DNA of 64,000 nt from positions 9,920,001 to 9,984,000 of the forward strand of contig OZ059898.1 in assembly GCA_964057225.1 (NCBI GenBank), read 5' to 3'. Both the position numbers and the translations under genes were made by a program. Of the stretch, positions 50,132-60,330 are shown one piece after another (positions within the stretch are counted from its first letter, which is position 1; every line of letters begins with the position of its first letter). The notes under the pieces are model-generated. The model searched no databases, was not told the DNA's origin, and was given only the letters and a program-made list of their open reading frames with translations. This stretch comes from Auanema rhodensis. Taxonomy: Eukaryota; Animalia; Nematoda.

Positions 50132-53100
50132 TTGTGTAGGAACAAACACCGATCACTCCTAAAAAGGTACGCTCCTCTAATTCTAATAAAAATAAGAAAA
50201 ATCAAAACATCAGCGACGCTTCTCTCTCTCTCACTAACCGAACCAACCGATTCCCCTTTACTTTCAAAAACTTCTAGCGCGGGTGGGCTTAGTTCTCTTA
50301 GAAACATTGTTACTGATCTTTTTAACCTTTCGCCTAAAGATAAAACTTTCAACACCAAGCGCAAAAGCAGATATTCATCAGTCCCTAACATTAATATCTC
50401 ACCAATTCAACCACCTGCACCAAATACCAGTATTCATCAAACTTCTACTCCCATCTTAACAACAACAGACTCACTTCCTAAGGCACCCAATAGACCTATT
50501 CCATCCACGCAAACAACCCCTATTTTGGAGACCCCACCAATAACAGGTAGAACGATCAAAATACCATCTACCCGTACGAATAACATCATGACGGAAGCTG
50601 TTTCCTCACTACCTGGGGCAGGGAAAACAACAATCGCGCAAGCCTTACTTTCGCCTTACTGTCCAACTTACGACGGCAGTCGTAACTTCCGTGATTTTAC
50701 GGGTAAATTCAACTTGTTTGCTAATGCCATTGGCCTTGTTATCCCTGAAAGGTTAGCACTTCTTCCTTTGCTTCTCAAAAATGAAGCAGCAGAAGAAGCT
50801 TACAGACAAGTTCCTGAACAACTTAAAACAACTGGTTCGTGGAATGATCTGATTAGAGCACTAACATCGAAGCTCTGCCCTGAATATAATCAAGACCCTG
50901 CACTTATTAACCTTCAAAACACCACGCAAGGGGAATTGACAATTGATGCATACGCCCAAGCATTAAGAACAATGGCATTGAGTGCATTTGCATCTGATGA
51001 CCCACATAAAGATCAAATACTGAGATCAACATTCCTCAGAGGACTTAAAAATTCTCTAAAACCAGCTGTGATCCGAGCAAAGCCAAAATCCTTCACAGAA
51101 GCGATTGAAGCAGCTCGCTGGGAGGAATCGATAGTGAACCAAACAACAGACACGCAATCGATGTTGGTCAACGCTGTGAACAAAGCACTAGCACCCTTTG
51201 CGCGTAATGATGAGAGACGAGATAGCCAAACATTTAATCGCAATTATCAACGCGATAACCAAATGATAAGAAATAATCAAAATTATCAAAATTATCAAAA
51301 TTATCAAAATTATCAAAAAAATAAAAACTTTTCTAATTTCAATAATAATCGAAACCGTTACGGTTCTTTCGCTAATAATAATCGCCGTACAAATTATAAC
51401 GAACAAGATAATAGGCAATCGAGTTCTGATTGGCATCAAAGAAATTATAATTTTCGTCATAACAACCAACGAGGTAGATTCAATAACAACAACGGACAAA
51501 GAAGAGTTCAATTCAAAAATCCAAGAGACAACTCAAGAGGAAGAGATAGAAGCTCAACAAGAATAAACTCTGTCACCCTTTCGCCTTTGACGCTCACAGT
51601 TATCATGGCAATAACAACAGCAATATTCTTGCCCTGTGCATCTACATATCAAATCTGTACAAGAGCAACAGGAGGCGCATTACTTATGCCACCAACAATC
51701 AGAAAATGCAGATTAACAGAGAAAAACCATGTGCTACGTACAGAAGTTCATCTGTACACAAGAAATCACACAGCACACGAATGGGATGCGTGGCGTTGTT
51801 CAGAGGAAGTACACAAGTTATGCGTACGAGACCTGCTATTCCTCCGCGATACGAACAGAACAATAAATAGAATACAGCCTATAGGAGAGCGCGAATGCAG
51901 ACAGGCGATCCGCGATCGCAAGTGGAATAACATAGAACTGCAACGCATTGATAGTATCACCCAAGCAACTCCGGAGCCCTCCTATGACCCAGCGCGCGCG
52001 TTCAACCGCGACGCGTGCGAGGAGCGGTCACGTCTAATATTAGAGCGCGGAGTCATGACCCGTATGCCTGACGATACAATATTGTCAAACTTAATATTAA
52101 ACACGGAAGGATGCAATGCACATCATGGTAATTGTGAATCAAGTACATCAATAATAATATGGGACCCACAAACCACTGCTTCACGTTGTAATTACATCGA
52201 TATGCATACATATGACGCTATCATTAGTCAAGATACTATTTTAATCCCTAGTACACAATCGGCACTTATTCTTTCGAGCAAACCAACTCCGAAACCTATT
52301 TCTTCTTGCTTCAGGCAGCCAGCGTTCCATACGACATCAGGAAATTATATCATTCTTCCTAAATTTCCAAACGACAACAATATAACCACCCTTATTGAAA
52401 GAGAGTTCAAAAAGCTGCCGTTTAAAAGACCAAAACGTGCAGTCACCGAAGGATGTTCTTTCCCACTGGATCAAGATCGGATCAACGAAGTTGAAGATTA
52501 TGAAACAGTATTGCTTCACGTCTGTCCATATACTTTCCTAAGACCATTAATGAGTAATCCCGGTATTACTTCAATTATTCCTATAATCAAAGGAAGACGT
52601 TTAGTAGATCCAACATACTCTCTAAAGGCATGGATAACATCACATAAAGAAAAATTCGAATTTTTCTTCAGAATTCAAATAAATGAACATTCTGTTCGAC
52701 ATTTTCTCAAGCAATACGATTTCAGTGATAAAGAAGAAGCTCTGCTATATTATATAGCACAAAGAGAATTAGCCATTACTACAAAGGCAGCAATATCATA
52801 CTTAACATCTGAACAGCTTCTCGAACAAATATCAGATCGTTTGACAGTAATCGAATTCGATGAAATCATAAGGAAGAAAGAAGGTTCATATCGCGAACGA
52901 ATTGAAAGCATAGCTCTCAATTTAACCAATACACCAGTTATAATTGAAGAAGGACTGACAGTTCCATCACGACAAGAAGTCCTACAAACGTTCATACAAA
53001 TGCCACCAATAAGGAAACGTATACTAACTGACGAGGAAGAGAAGAAAAGCGAATTCATTAAGGCAACGATCAATTTACTAAGAGAACTAAAAACCCTCAC

Positions 53101-54616
53101 AACAGTACGATGGAATAAAACTGCAGCATTTATTGATGACAGAAAATTTATAAAATTGCCAGCATCACGACAATTCATGCCAAATACAGATAAACTATTT
53201 TATGACAGGAAGAATAATTATGGAATACCGATCGGTCCACACCCTAAGCTGATCAAGCCCAGCAATCTTTCAAAGAAATTATTATTGGAAATATTTTTAC
53301 CCCTGCTCAATAATGTAAAAACACCTTATACATCGAGTAGGATAACACAAGAACAAATTCAAATCTTAATGGCAGAGAAAAATGAAACAAATTTTCGGCA
53401 AATCGCAACGCGGACATCCAGCGTCGCGGCAGGCGGCGCGGCTAGCGTCGCTGCAGGCAGCGCGGCTAGCGGCGCGGTTGTGACACCAGTCCAACCTTTG
53501 ATCGAACAGAAGGGAACAATCCAATCAGTTACCACAATACAGCCGCATATAACGAACAATCCTCACACAAATGCAACAACCACCACAAGAGCACCATCAT
53601 GGAGGCAACAGCCATCAACAACGGCGCCTCACACGACCGCTGCGACAACAGCACGCACAACAACATCAACCGCTCGTTCGCCAACAACAACAAGAAGCTA
53701 TGCCATATACAAAGACGCACAGATTCCAAAAATACAAGAGACAACCGAAGCCTCTCCAACATTGATTCGAAAAAACCGAGCTTCCTCAACACCATCAGTA
53801 GAAACCTCAAATTTAGTGGAAGCAAATGCGAGATACATAGCAACGAAAATTGACTCGGTACAAGAGTTTCGTCAAAATATATCGAACAAAATAGCCCAAG
53901 ATCATTTACAGTATGCTACTACAATGATCCAAGAGGAATTGCAGAAACATTTTGAAGAATCATACGAATCGATTTGCGAGATACAAAATCGGTATCTGGA
54001 ATTATGGAAATCAATTCTACAAATTGAACCAACAATCGCAATGCGAACAATACTGGGAAGAGAAGATATAGCCGCACGGTTTGTAGGCAATGAAATTTTG
54101 CATATACATGTATGCCCTACAGTGCTAGAGAAAACCATTTATCACAATCACACCGTAAATGGCACATGCTATCTCGAAACCCCAGTCTGGACACAAGACG
54201 GACAGTTACTGTTTGCAGCACCCGGATCCAAGGATCTTTTACCTCATGGTAAAGAAATAAGCTGTGATCACGTACCAACAGATATCTGGTCTAGCGAAGG
54301 TGAATGGAAAGGAATTAATGGGACTGCAGACGTCAATCTTGTATCAATGTGGGACGGACTTCATCACGAAAAAATAACACCATTAAAATTCACCGGAGCT
54401 CACTTATACACTAATTTATCGTCTCGTGTATACTCAATGACCACAGCCATAGCTTACGGTGCGAGTTTAGCATCGATTCGTCAGAATCACGTTCTTCACA
54501 CAATTCACAATGATCCAAAGATATCAGCTACATTCAGTGTACTAAAGAAAAGTAGCGACTACATTCACCAAGAGCACATGGAAGTCATTCATCGATACAA
54601 TTGCAGGAACGATTGA
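50132..54616 (+). CDS. Gag-Env ectodomain part of element 2 polyprotein (start uncertain; first ATG at 50588)
   Basis: Gag-like CPTYDGSRNF...QGELTIDAYAQAL..FLRGL; N/R-rich tract; hydrophobic signal LTLTVIMAITTAIFLPCAS-TYQIC; Cys-rich glycoprotein; furin-like RPKR (52427-52438); T/P-rich region. Ends before its TM anchor. Confidence 0.9.
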   Translation: MCRNKHRSLLKRYAPLILIKIRKIKTSATLLSLSLTEPTDSPLLSKTSSAGGLSSLRNIVTDLFNLSPKDKTFNTKRKSRYSSVPNINISPIQPPAPNTSIHQTSTPILTTTDSLPKAPNRPIPSTQTTPILETPPITGRTIKIPSTRTNNIMTEAVSSLPGAGKTTIAQALLSPYCPTYDGSRNFRDFTGKFNLFANAIGLVIPERLALLPLLLKNEAAEEAYRQVPEQLKTTGSWNDLIRALTSKLCPEYNQDPALINLQNTTQGELTIDAYAQALRTMALSAFASDDPHKDQILRSTFLRGLKNSLKPAVIRAKPKSFTEAIEAARWEESIVNQTTDTQSMLVNAVNKALAPFARNDERRDSQTFNRNYQRDNQMIRNNQNYQNYQNYQNYQKNKNFSNFNNNRNRYGSFANNNRRTNYNEQDNRQSSSDWHQRNYNFRHNNQRGRFNNNNGQRRVQFKNPRDNSRGRDRSSTRINSVTLSPLTLTVIMAITTAIFLPCASTYQICTRATGGALLMPPTIRKCRLTEKNHVLRTEVHLYTRNHTAHEWDAWRCSEEVHKLCVRDLLFLRDTNRTINRIQPIGERECRQAIRDRKWNNIELQRIDSITQATPEPSYDPARAFNRDACEERSRLILERGVMTRMPDDTILSNLILNTEGCNAHHGNCESSTSIIIWDPQTTASRCNYIDMHTYDAIISQDTILIPSTQSALILSSKPTPKPISSCFRQPAFHTTSGNYIILPKFPNDNNITTLIEREFKKLPFKRPKRAVTEGCSFPLDQDRINEVEDYETVLLHVCPYTFLRPLMSNPGITSIIPIIKGRRLVDPTYSLKAWITSHKEKFEFFFRIQINEHSVRHFLKQYDFSDKEEALLYYIAQRELAITTKAAISYLTSEQLLEQISDRLTVIEFDEIIRKKEGSYRERIESIALNLTNTPVIIEEGLTVPSRQEVLQTFIQMPPIRKRILTDEEEKKSEFIKATINLLRELKTLTTVRWNKTAAFIDDRKFIKLPASRQFMPNTDKLFYDRKNNYGIPIGPHPKLIKPSNLSKKLLLEIFLPLLNNVKTPYTSSRITQEQIQILMAEKNETNFRQIATRTSSVAAGGAASVAAGSAASGAVVTPVQPLIEQKGTIQSVTTIQPHITNNPHTNATTTTRAPSWRQQPSTTAPHTTAATTARTTTSTARSPTTTRSYAIYKDAQIPKIQETTEASPTLIRKNRASSTPSVETSNLVEANARYIATKIDSVQEFRQNISNKIAQDHLQYATTMIQEELQKHFEESYESICEIQNRYLELWKSILQIEPTIAMRTILGREDIAARFVGNEILHIHVCPTVLEKTIYHNHTVNGTCYLETPVWTQDGQLLFAAPGSKDLLPHGKEISCDHVPTDIWSSEGEWKGINGTADVNLVSMWDGLHHEKITPLKFTGAHLYTNLSSRVYSMTTAIAYGASLASIRQNHVLHTIHNDPKISATFSVLKKSSDYIHQEHMEVIHRYNCRND

Positions 54617-57600
54617 GCGAACACTAATAACGATCGGTGCAATTACATTATTTACCATCATACTCTTTGTGATAGGTTTCATTGTAAAGATCTATTTCTT
54701 CAAACCAGTAGGCATACCAGTTATGCATATTGCACTCAAAGATCACGACAGTGATCTACCAACATACGAAGAAACTTTGGAATTAGTTAGTCATCCGGAT
54801 CAACCGATTCCAAGACACATAATGAAACAATACTATCCATCAATGCTCACATTCATACCAATCGCACTACCATTAGTTTGCTCGATTTCCAAAAAGAAAG
54901 ATCAAGCACTACCACTTCTATGGATGACTGTTAATGATAGACTGATCCTAACTTTATGGGACTCAGGTTCGTCCGTCAGTTACATAAGAATATCGACACT
55001 ACACTACTTAGCTTTGAATGACTTTGTTAAGAAGAATACATTAAGAGCAACAACAGCGAACGGATCAGAATTTGTATTCATTGGTACTATCGACTTAACC
55101 GTCGAAATAGCCGGTTACGAAATCGACCATACATTCTTCATATCAGACGACAAAGACTGTCCATCGCCAGCGTTGATTGGATTAGATTTCATGAAAACAC
55201 TTGACTGTCAAAACATTGGCATGAAACTAAGACCATACAAAAGAACACTGGAAATTGGAAATCATGTAGTACCTTTGGCTAGCGGAATTAACGGGGATAT
55301 TAACAGGATATCAAAAACTGTTAATTTGATAACCTTGGAGCCGCGGAGTCTACTTCCTCGACAAGTTTTTAATTTCCAAGTCCAATTAGAGAACCCAATC
55401 GGAGAAGACTTAATCGCTATGATTAAACCAAACGACAATACTCCTCTCTCACCTCGATACGACACAGCATTTCGCGATGTTAACTCCATCAATATCCAAT
55501 TCCGGAACAATTCTAAAGAATTCATAGAAATACCGGCCGGCACTGTGATTGCAGAAGCCGAAATAGGATCTATACCGGACTATGAAATCTTCTCAACAGA
55601 ACAACAGTACGACTATATTCCACCAGAAGCAGACTGGGAAGGCAAATTACCTCACTTCCCTGGTGATTTCATGAAAGAACTTGACCTAAAAGAGGCTGAT
55701 CTTACGCAACGACAAAAAGACGAACTACGAAACATCATTCGTCAACGTAAGAAGGCATTCCTCAATGAAGATAAAAAGATAGGATTGTTCAAAGGACCAG
55801 TAGAACACAAGATACCACTACGAACGGATATGGATATGCCAAAGCCACGAATTTCACGTATACCTCTCGGGAGACAAGAAGAGGTAGAAAGACAAGTCCA
55901 AGAAATGCTCGAGCAAGGGATAATAGAACGATCGACATCTTTGTTCAACAGCCCTGTCGTTCTCGTTAAGAAAAAAGACGAAACATTCCGTTTCGTTACG
56001 GATTTCCGAGCCTTAAATAACGTTACAAGAAAACAAACATATGTGATTCCTAACATCTCTGATATCATTGACTTAGCGGCTGGATCACAATACTTTTCTA
56101 ATTTTGATCTTGTTTCTGGCTTTTTCCAAATACCATTATTGAAGAAGGATAGACCACTCACATCCTTTACCACCAATAGTGGGACTTATCAATACAGGAG
56201 AATGCCTATGGGATTATGTGGTGCGCCACATACCTTTCAAACAGCCGTGAGATATCTCCAAAGTAAATGTAAATGCCGACTATTTGTCTATTTGGACGAT
56301 TTACTAGTCATATCAGACAGCGCAGAACAACACCTCGAAGACATCAAAGAAGTATTACTCGCTGTAGAAAGACTAGGATTTAAGATTAAACTCAAGAAAT
56401 GTTCATTTGCAAGACCAGAAGTGAAATTTCTCGGACTCATTGTCGGAAGAGACGGAGTTAAGCCCGATCAACAGAAAGTTTCCGCCATCCGCGATTACCC
56501 TGCTCCTCAAACACCCACAGGAGTAAGAGCATTCTTAGGAATGGTCGGATTCTTTAGAAAATTTATTAAAGATTTTGCACATATAGCAAGTCCGCTGTAT
56601 GACCTTACTAAGCTAGACGCAGACTTCAATTGGACTAGCGAATGTCAACGTTCACTAGATAAGCTAAAGGAACGACTAATCGAAGCACCGGTACTGAAAC
56701 CACCACGATCAGACCGAACTTTCATCATTGAAAGTGATGGCAGCAACATCGCCATAGGCGCAGTATTACTGCAGCCCGAAGATCCAAACGAACCATTCAA
56801 GAACTTACATCCAATTGCTTTCGCAAGTAGGAAATTAGTAAAAGCAGAACGTAACTATGCTCCCATAGAGATAGAAGCCTTAGGCTTAGTTTACGCTCTA
56901 GCACAGTTTCGAACATACATACTTGGATCACATTCAATTTGCATCACCGATCATCGCCCATTGACAAGCTTACTAACTAGAAGAGACCTATTTGGAAGAC
57001 TAGCAAAGTTCCAATTGGTCATACAGGAATACGATATTGAGATCAAATATCGAGAAGGCAGATTAAACAAAGTCTGTGACGCACTCTCTAGATACATTGG
57101 AGATAAAGCTAACGATCCAAAGACGTCGAACAAGAAACAAAAGACGAATTCGAAAGAGAAAATTGAGACACAACAAGTAAATGTTGTGAAGTTACCAGAA
57201 TTCAGCTCAATCCAACAAAATACTCCTTGGATCAAGAGAACAATAGCTGAGATTGAATACAGAACGAAGAAAAATATGATTCAAAATGATCGTTATTGTG
57301 TTATAAACAACTTACTCTACACAAAACCAAGCGTCAAAAGACCTCATCCAGCGTTAATATTGCCATCGGATAGTGATATAATTAACAAAATCATTGAAGA
57401 ATTTCATGAAGACCCAACAATCGGGGCGCATCAAGGAATCAACAAAACAAAAGAAGCCATAGTACGAAGATTTTCCTGGACTAACATGCAGAACGACATA
57501 GCAAAATACGTGAAACAGTGCATCAAATGTGCACAACGAAAGAAAGATCCTCATGCTATGACCGTACAACCGATGGGTCAATTTAACATACCATCAAAAC

Positions 57601-58607
57601 CATTTGAGAGAATACATATGGATATCATGGGACCATTCCCAACATCAAAAAGGAACAACAGCTATGTCCTCACAATACAAGACTCTTTCTCCAAATGGGC
57701 TACAACTATCGCCATACCAACAATTGTTAGTGAAGTTGTCATTGATAGATTCCTCAGAAACTTTGTATATGTCTATGGACCACCGAATCGCTTAATAACA
57801 GACCGCGGTTCCAACTTCCTATCAAGGAAATTTGAAGACATGTGCGAAAAACTCGGTATCAAACATGAATCAACACTCCCACATCAGAAGAATTCCAATG
57901 GACAAGTAGAAAGACTTCATAGAACGTTAGAAGAAGGACTCACACATTATCTCAACGAAGATGTCACTGATTGGGACATGTTTTTGCCAAAAATTACCTT
58001 TGCATTGAACACCACAACGCATGCAACCACAGGAATATCACCATACGTTGTACTATTCGGGAAAGAAAGCCGTTTGAGATTGGATAAAGATTTATACCCC
58101 GAAACAACTGAACCAAAGGAAATTTCAAAGGAGATTGAAAATATTGAGAAAATCCGAAGCAAACAGAAAACAATCATTCAAGAAAATTTGGAAAAGCATC
58201 AAGAATTAGCAAAAAAGAAACATGATGCTCGATTACGCACTCACGAAAGAGATATACAAGAAGGAGACTGCGTTATGTTAGCTGTGAAAATGCACAAGCC
58301 AGGACAAAAGCTTCGGAAAGCTTATGATGGACCATTTGAAGTTATAAATGTGAAGGGAAACATGGTTCAAATCAAAAACCTTTTCGGAAAGATTCAAGAC
58401 GTTCACAAGGACAATCTCAAATTATTTAATCGAGAAACAGATGACGGAATCGCACATAAGCCCAGTACACGTACAGACAGCTCAGACGATGACAGCGATA
58501 TCGAAATCATAGAGGTTATCAACGGAAACAACAACGAGGAAGACTCTTATGACGAACCAGAAGACCTTTCGGACACAAATTGGCTACCATCAAGAAAAAA
58601 CCATTAA
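54546..58607 (+). CDS. pol: Env TM anchor + protease-RT-RNaseH-integrase (frameshifted continuation of the polyprotein)
   Basis: Frame is open from 54546: KVATTF...RTLITIGAITLFTIILFVIGFIVKIYFF (TM), LWDSGSS (PR), YLDD (56289-56300), ESDGS..ITDHRPL (RH), H-x7-H..CIKC, HMDIMGP / ITDRGSNF / NGQVER (IN), YDGPF (GPY/F). The ORF track starts it at GTG 54669. Confidence 0.95.
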   Translation, partial: RKVATTFTKSTWKSFIDTIAGTIERTLITIGAITLFTIILFVIGFIVKIYFFKPVGIPVMHIALKDHDSDLPTYEETLELVSHPDQPIPRHIMKQYYPSMLTFIPIALPLVCSISKKKDQALPLLWMTVNDRLILTLWDSGSSVSYIRISTLHYLALNDFVKKNTLRATTANGSEFVFIGTIDLTVEIAGYEIDHTFFISDDKDCPSPALIGLDFMKTLDCQNIGMKLRPYKRTLEIGNHVVPLASGINGDINRISKTVNLITLEPRSLLPRQVFNFQVQLENPIGEDLIAMIKPNDNTPLSPRYDTAFRDVNSINIQFRNNSKEFIEIPAGTVIAEAEIGSIPDYEIFSTEQQYDYIPPEADWEGKLPHFPGDFMKELDLKEADLTQRQKDELRNIIRQRKKAFLNEDKKIGLFKGPVEHKIPLRTDMDMPKPRISRIPLGRQEEVERQVQEMLEQGIIERSTSLFNSPVVLVKKKDETFRFVTDFRALNNVTRKQTYVIPNISDIIDLAAGSQYFSNFDLVSGFFQIPLLKKDRPLTSFTTNSGTYQYRRMPMGLCGAPHTFQTAVRYLQSKCKCRLFVYLDDLLVISDSAEQHLEDIKEVLLAVERLGFKIKLKKCSFARPEVKFLGLIVGRDGVKPDQQKVSAIRDYPAPQTPTGVRAFLGMVGFFRKFIKDFAHIASPLYDLTKLDADFNWTSECQRSLDKLKERLIEAPVLKPPRSDRTFIIESDGSNIAIGAVLLQPEDPNEPFKNLHPIAFASRKLVKAERNYAPIEIEALGLVYALAQFRTYILGSHSICITDHRPLTSLLTRRDLFGRLAKFQLVIQEYDIEIKYREGRLNKVCDALSRYIGDKANDPKTSNKKQKTNSKEKIETQQVNVVKLPEFSSIQQNTPWIKRTIAEIEYRTKKNMIQNDRYCVINNLLYTKPSVKRPHPALILPSDSDIINKIIEEFHEDPTIGAHQGINKTKEAIVRRFSWTNMQNDIAKYVKQCIKCAQRKKDPHAMTVQPMGQFNIPSKPFERIHMDIMGPFPTSKRNNSYVLTIQDSFSKWATTIAIPTIVSEVVIDRFLRNFVYVYGPPNRLITDRGSNFLSRKFEDMCEKLGIKHESTLPHQKNSNGQVERLHRTLEEGLTHYLNEDVTDWDMFLPKITFALNTTTHATTGISPYVVLFGKESRLRLDKDLYPETTEPKEISKEIENIEKIRSKQKTIIQENLEKHQELAKKKHDARLRTHERDIQEGDCVMLAVKMHKPGQKLRKAYDGPFEVINVKGNMVQIKNLFGKIQDVHKDNLKLFNRETDDGIAHKPSTRTDSSDDDSDIEIIEVINGNNNEEDSYDEPEDLSDTNWLPSRKNH

Positions 58608-59289
58608 CTCATGAGATTTTATTGTAAATTGTTTTGTAATAACTTTCTTTAAAGTAATACTAGAACACAAATTTTGTAACGACTCCTCTAAAACAAGTCA
58701 CTCTTAAGTCAAAAAGTAAACTAGAGCATAATGAACACGGGAAATGTGAGAAGATAATTCTTTTATCATATAGTTCGAACCTTCCTAATTTCAACTAACT
58801 TCCCCATACTAGATGAGATGAAAAATGAAAGACATAGTTTGCAACAATATCTGAGCAACAGTCTTCACTTGAGTAATCAATGACTCAATTTGGAAGTTAT
58901 TTGGTATTACGCAAAAGTTTTCTTTTTTTTTCTAAACTCACACAAATTGAAACAAACAACCGAGCTCTAGCAAAAAAATAGTTAACTTTTTATCTACACT
59001 TGTTGGAGCGTTATGCTTAAAAACTTTTTTTTTATTATTTTATAAGCACGTTCGCCAATAAAACATAGTCTAGTATTCGTTAAAGAGGGTTAAAACTTTC
59101 ATAATTTGGTTAAAAAATTTTTTTTAATTCTTTTCAGATACTGATGTTTTATATTGTATTATGTTCATATTATAAGAATTTTACGTAAAATATTGTATTG
59201 TAACATGTACTTTAATACACACATTAACCCTTCTGCTACAGTTAATCAAGTCAAAACTTTTGATTGTCGCGAGGACGCGACATAAACTC

Positions 59290-59298
59290 GAAAAAGGG
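59290..59298 (+). promoter_or_regulatory. Polypurine tract
   Basis: GAAAAAGGG, 2 nt upstream of the 3' LTR. Confidence 0.75.
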
Positions 59299-59300
59299 CA

Positions 59301-59658
59301 CGTTCCATTCGGATGATCAATGCATTACATTCATATGACGAAGCTGTAGCAGGCGGGTTAGAGTCAGAGAATGCGAGACTGAGAGAAGACGACCCGCCCT
59401 TTTCCATATTACAACACTTCAGCTTTGCCTCAGGGACGATCATGGATGGTTGGTCGTTCTCTCTCTGTTCTCTATTAGTTTAACCTTCACTTAGTTATAT
59501 GTATCTTATTGTAATCACGTAGATATAATAAACCAATCTTTCTCGAGTCTTATGTTTATCCTTATGCTCCATGTTTAACCGCTACATCTGGAATACTACC
59601 ACGCTCATCTTGTAGACTCCATTGGTCTGTAAGATCGACGCGGGAGCATAACGGAACG
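59301..59658 (+). repeat. 3' LTR of element 2
   Basis: Matches 48033-48390. Confidence 0.96.
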
Positions 59659-60259
59659 GAAACACTTCTTGTTTACTTATTTAATTATAATACTTGAAAT
59701 TCCAAAAACAGTAGAATAAAATAGAGAAAGCGACGAAAAAAGTTGAACGATTTGAAGAGAATTGTAAGTTTTAGAAAAGAATTAAAGTTCAGCTATCTCT
59801 ACTATTAACTGATTATCGGCTAAAATAAGGTAACAGTTTTTATTGAAAGTTTCCATGATTAAGATTAAACAAAGAAAAAAATCAAAGAGAAACACTTCTT
59901 GTTTACTTACTTGATTATAATACTTGAAATTCCAAAAACAGTAAAATAAAATTGAAAAAGCGACAAAAACAGTTGAACGATTTGAAGACAATTGTAAGTT
60001 GAAGAATAAAATTAAAGTTTAGCTCTCTCTACTATTAACTGAATGTCGGCTAAAATATGGTAACAGTTTTTATTAAAAGTTTCCATGATTAAGATTAAAC
60101 AAAGAAAAAAAATCAAAGAGAAACACTTCTTGTTTACTAATTTGATTATAACACTTGAAATTCCAAAAAAAGTAAAATAAAACTGTGAAAGCGGGTAAAA
60201 CTGTTGAACTAAAACAGTCTTTATAAAATATAAATGATATATTTTTATAAAAGTGAAGT

Positions 60260-60330
60260 TGCATCGGCCGGGAATCGAACCCTGGTCGCCCGCGTGGCAG
60301 GCGAGCATTCTACCACTGAACCACCGATGC
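60260..60330 (-). tRNA. tRNA-Gly(GCC), variant F (C50A T-stem mismatch)
   Basis: GCGACCAGGGTTCGATTCCCGG. Confidence 0.8.

Larger units (their letters stand above)
48033..59658 (+). mobile_element. Full-length Ty3/gypsy (Metaviridae) LTR retroelement, gag-env-pro-pol, element 2 (11.6 kb)
   Basis: Two 358-bp LTRs identical by eye; 4-bp TSD GAAA (48029-48032 and 59659-59662) restores the satellite atcaaaga-gaaa-cacttc; PBS, PPT, and Gag/Env/PR/RT/RH/IN motifs present. Confidence 0.97.

Noticed and set aside
49640-50139. Two small ORFs upstream of element 2 gag
   Set aside because: Non-ATG starts and no recognisable motifs. 49897-50139 might be a frameshifted Gag N-terminus, but this cannot be supported from this window alone.
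58400-58607. Chromodomain at the integrase C-terminus
   Set aside because: After the GPY/F motif there is only an acidic low-complexity tail.
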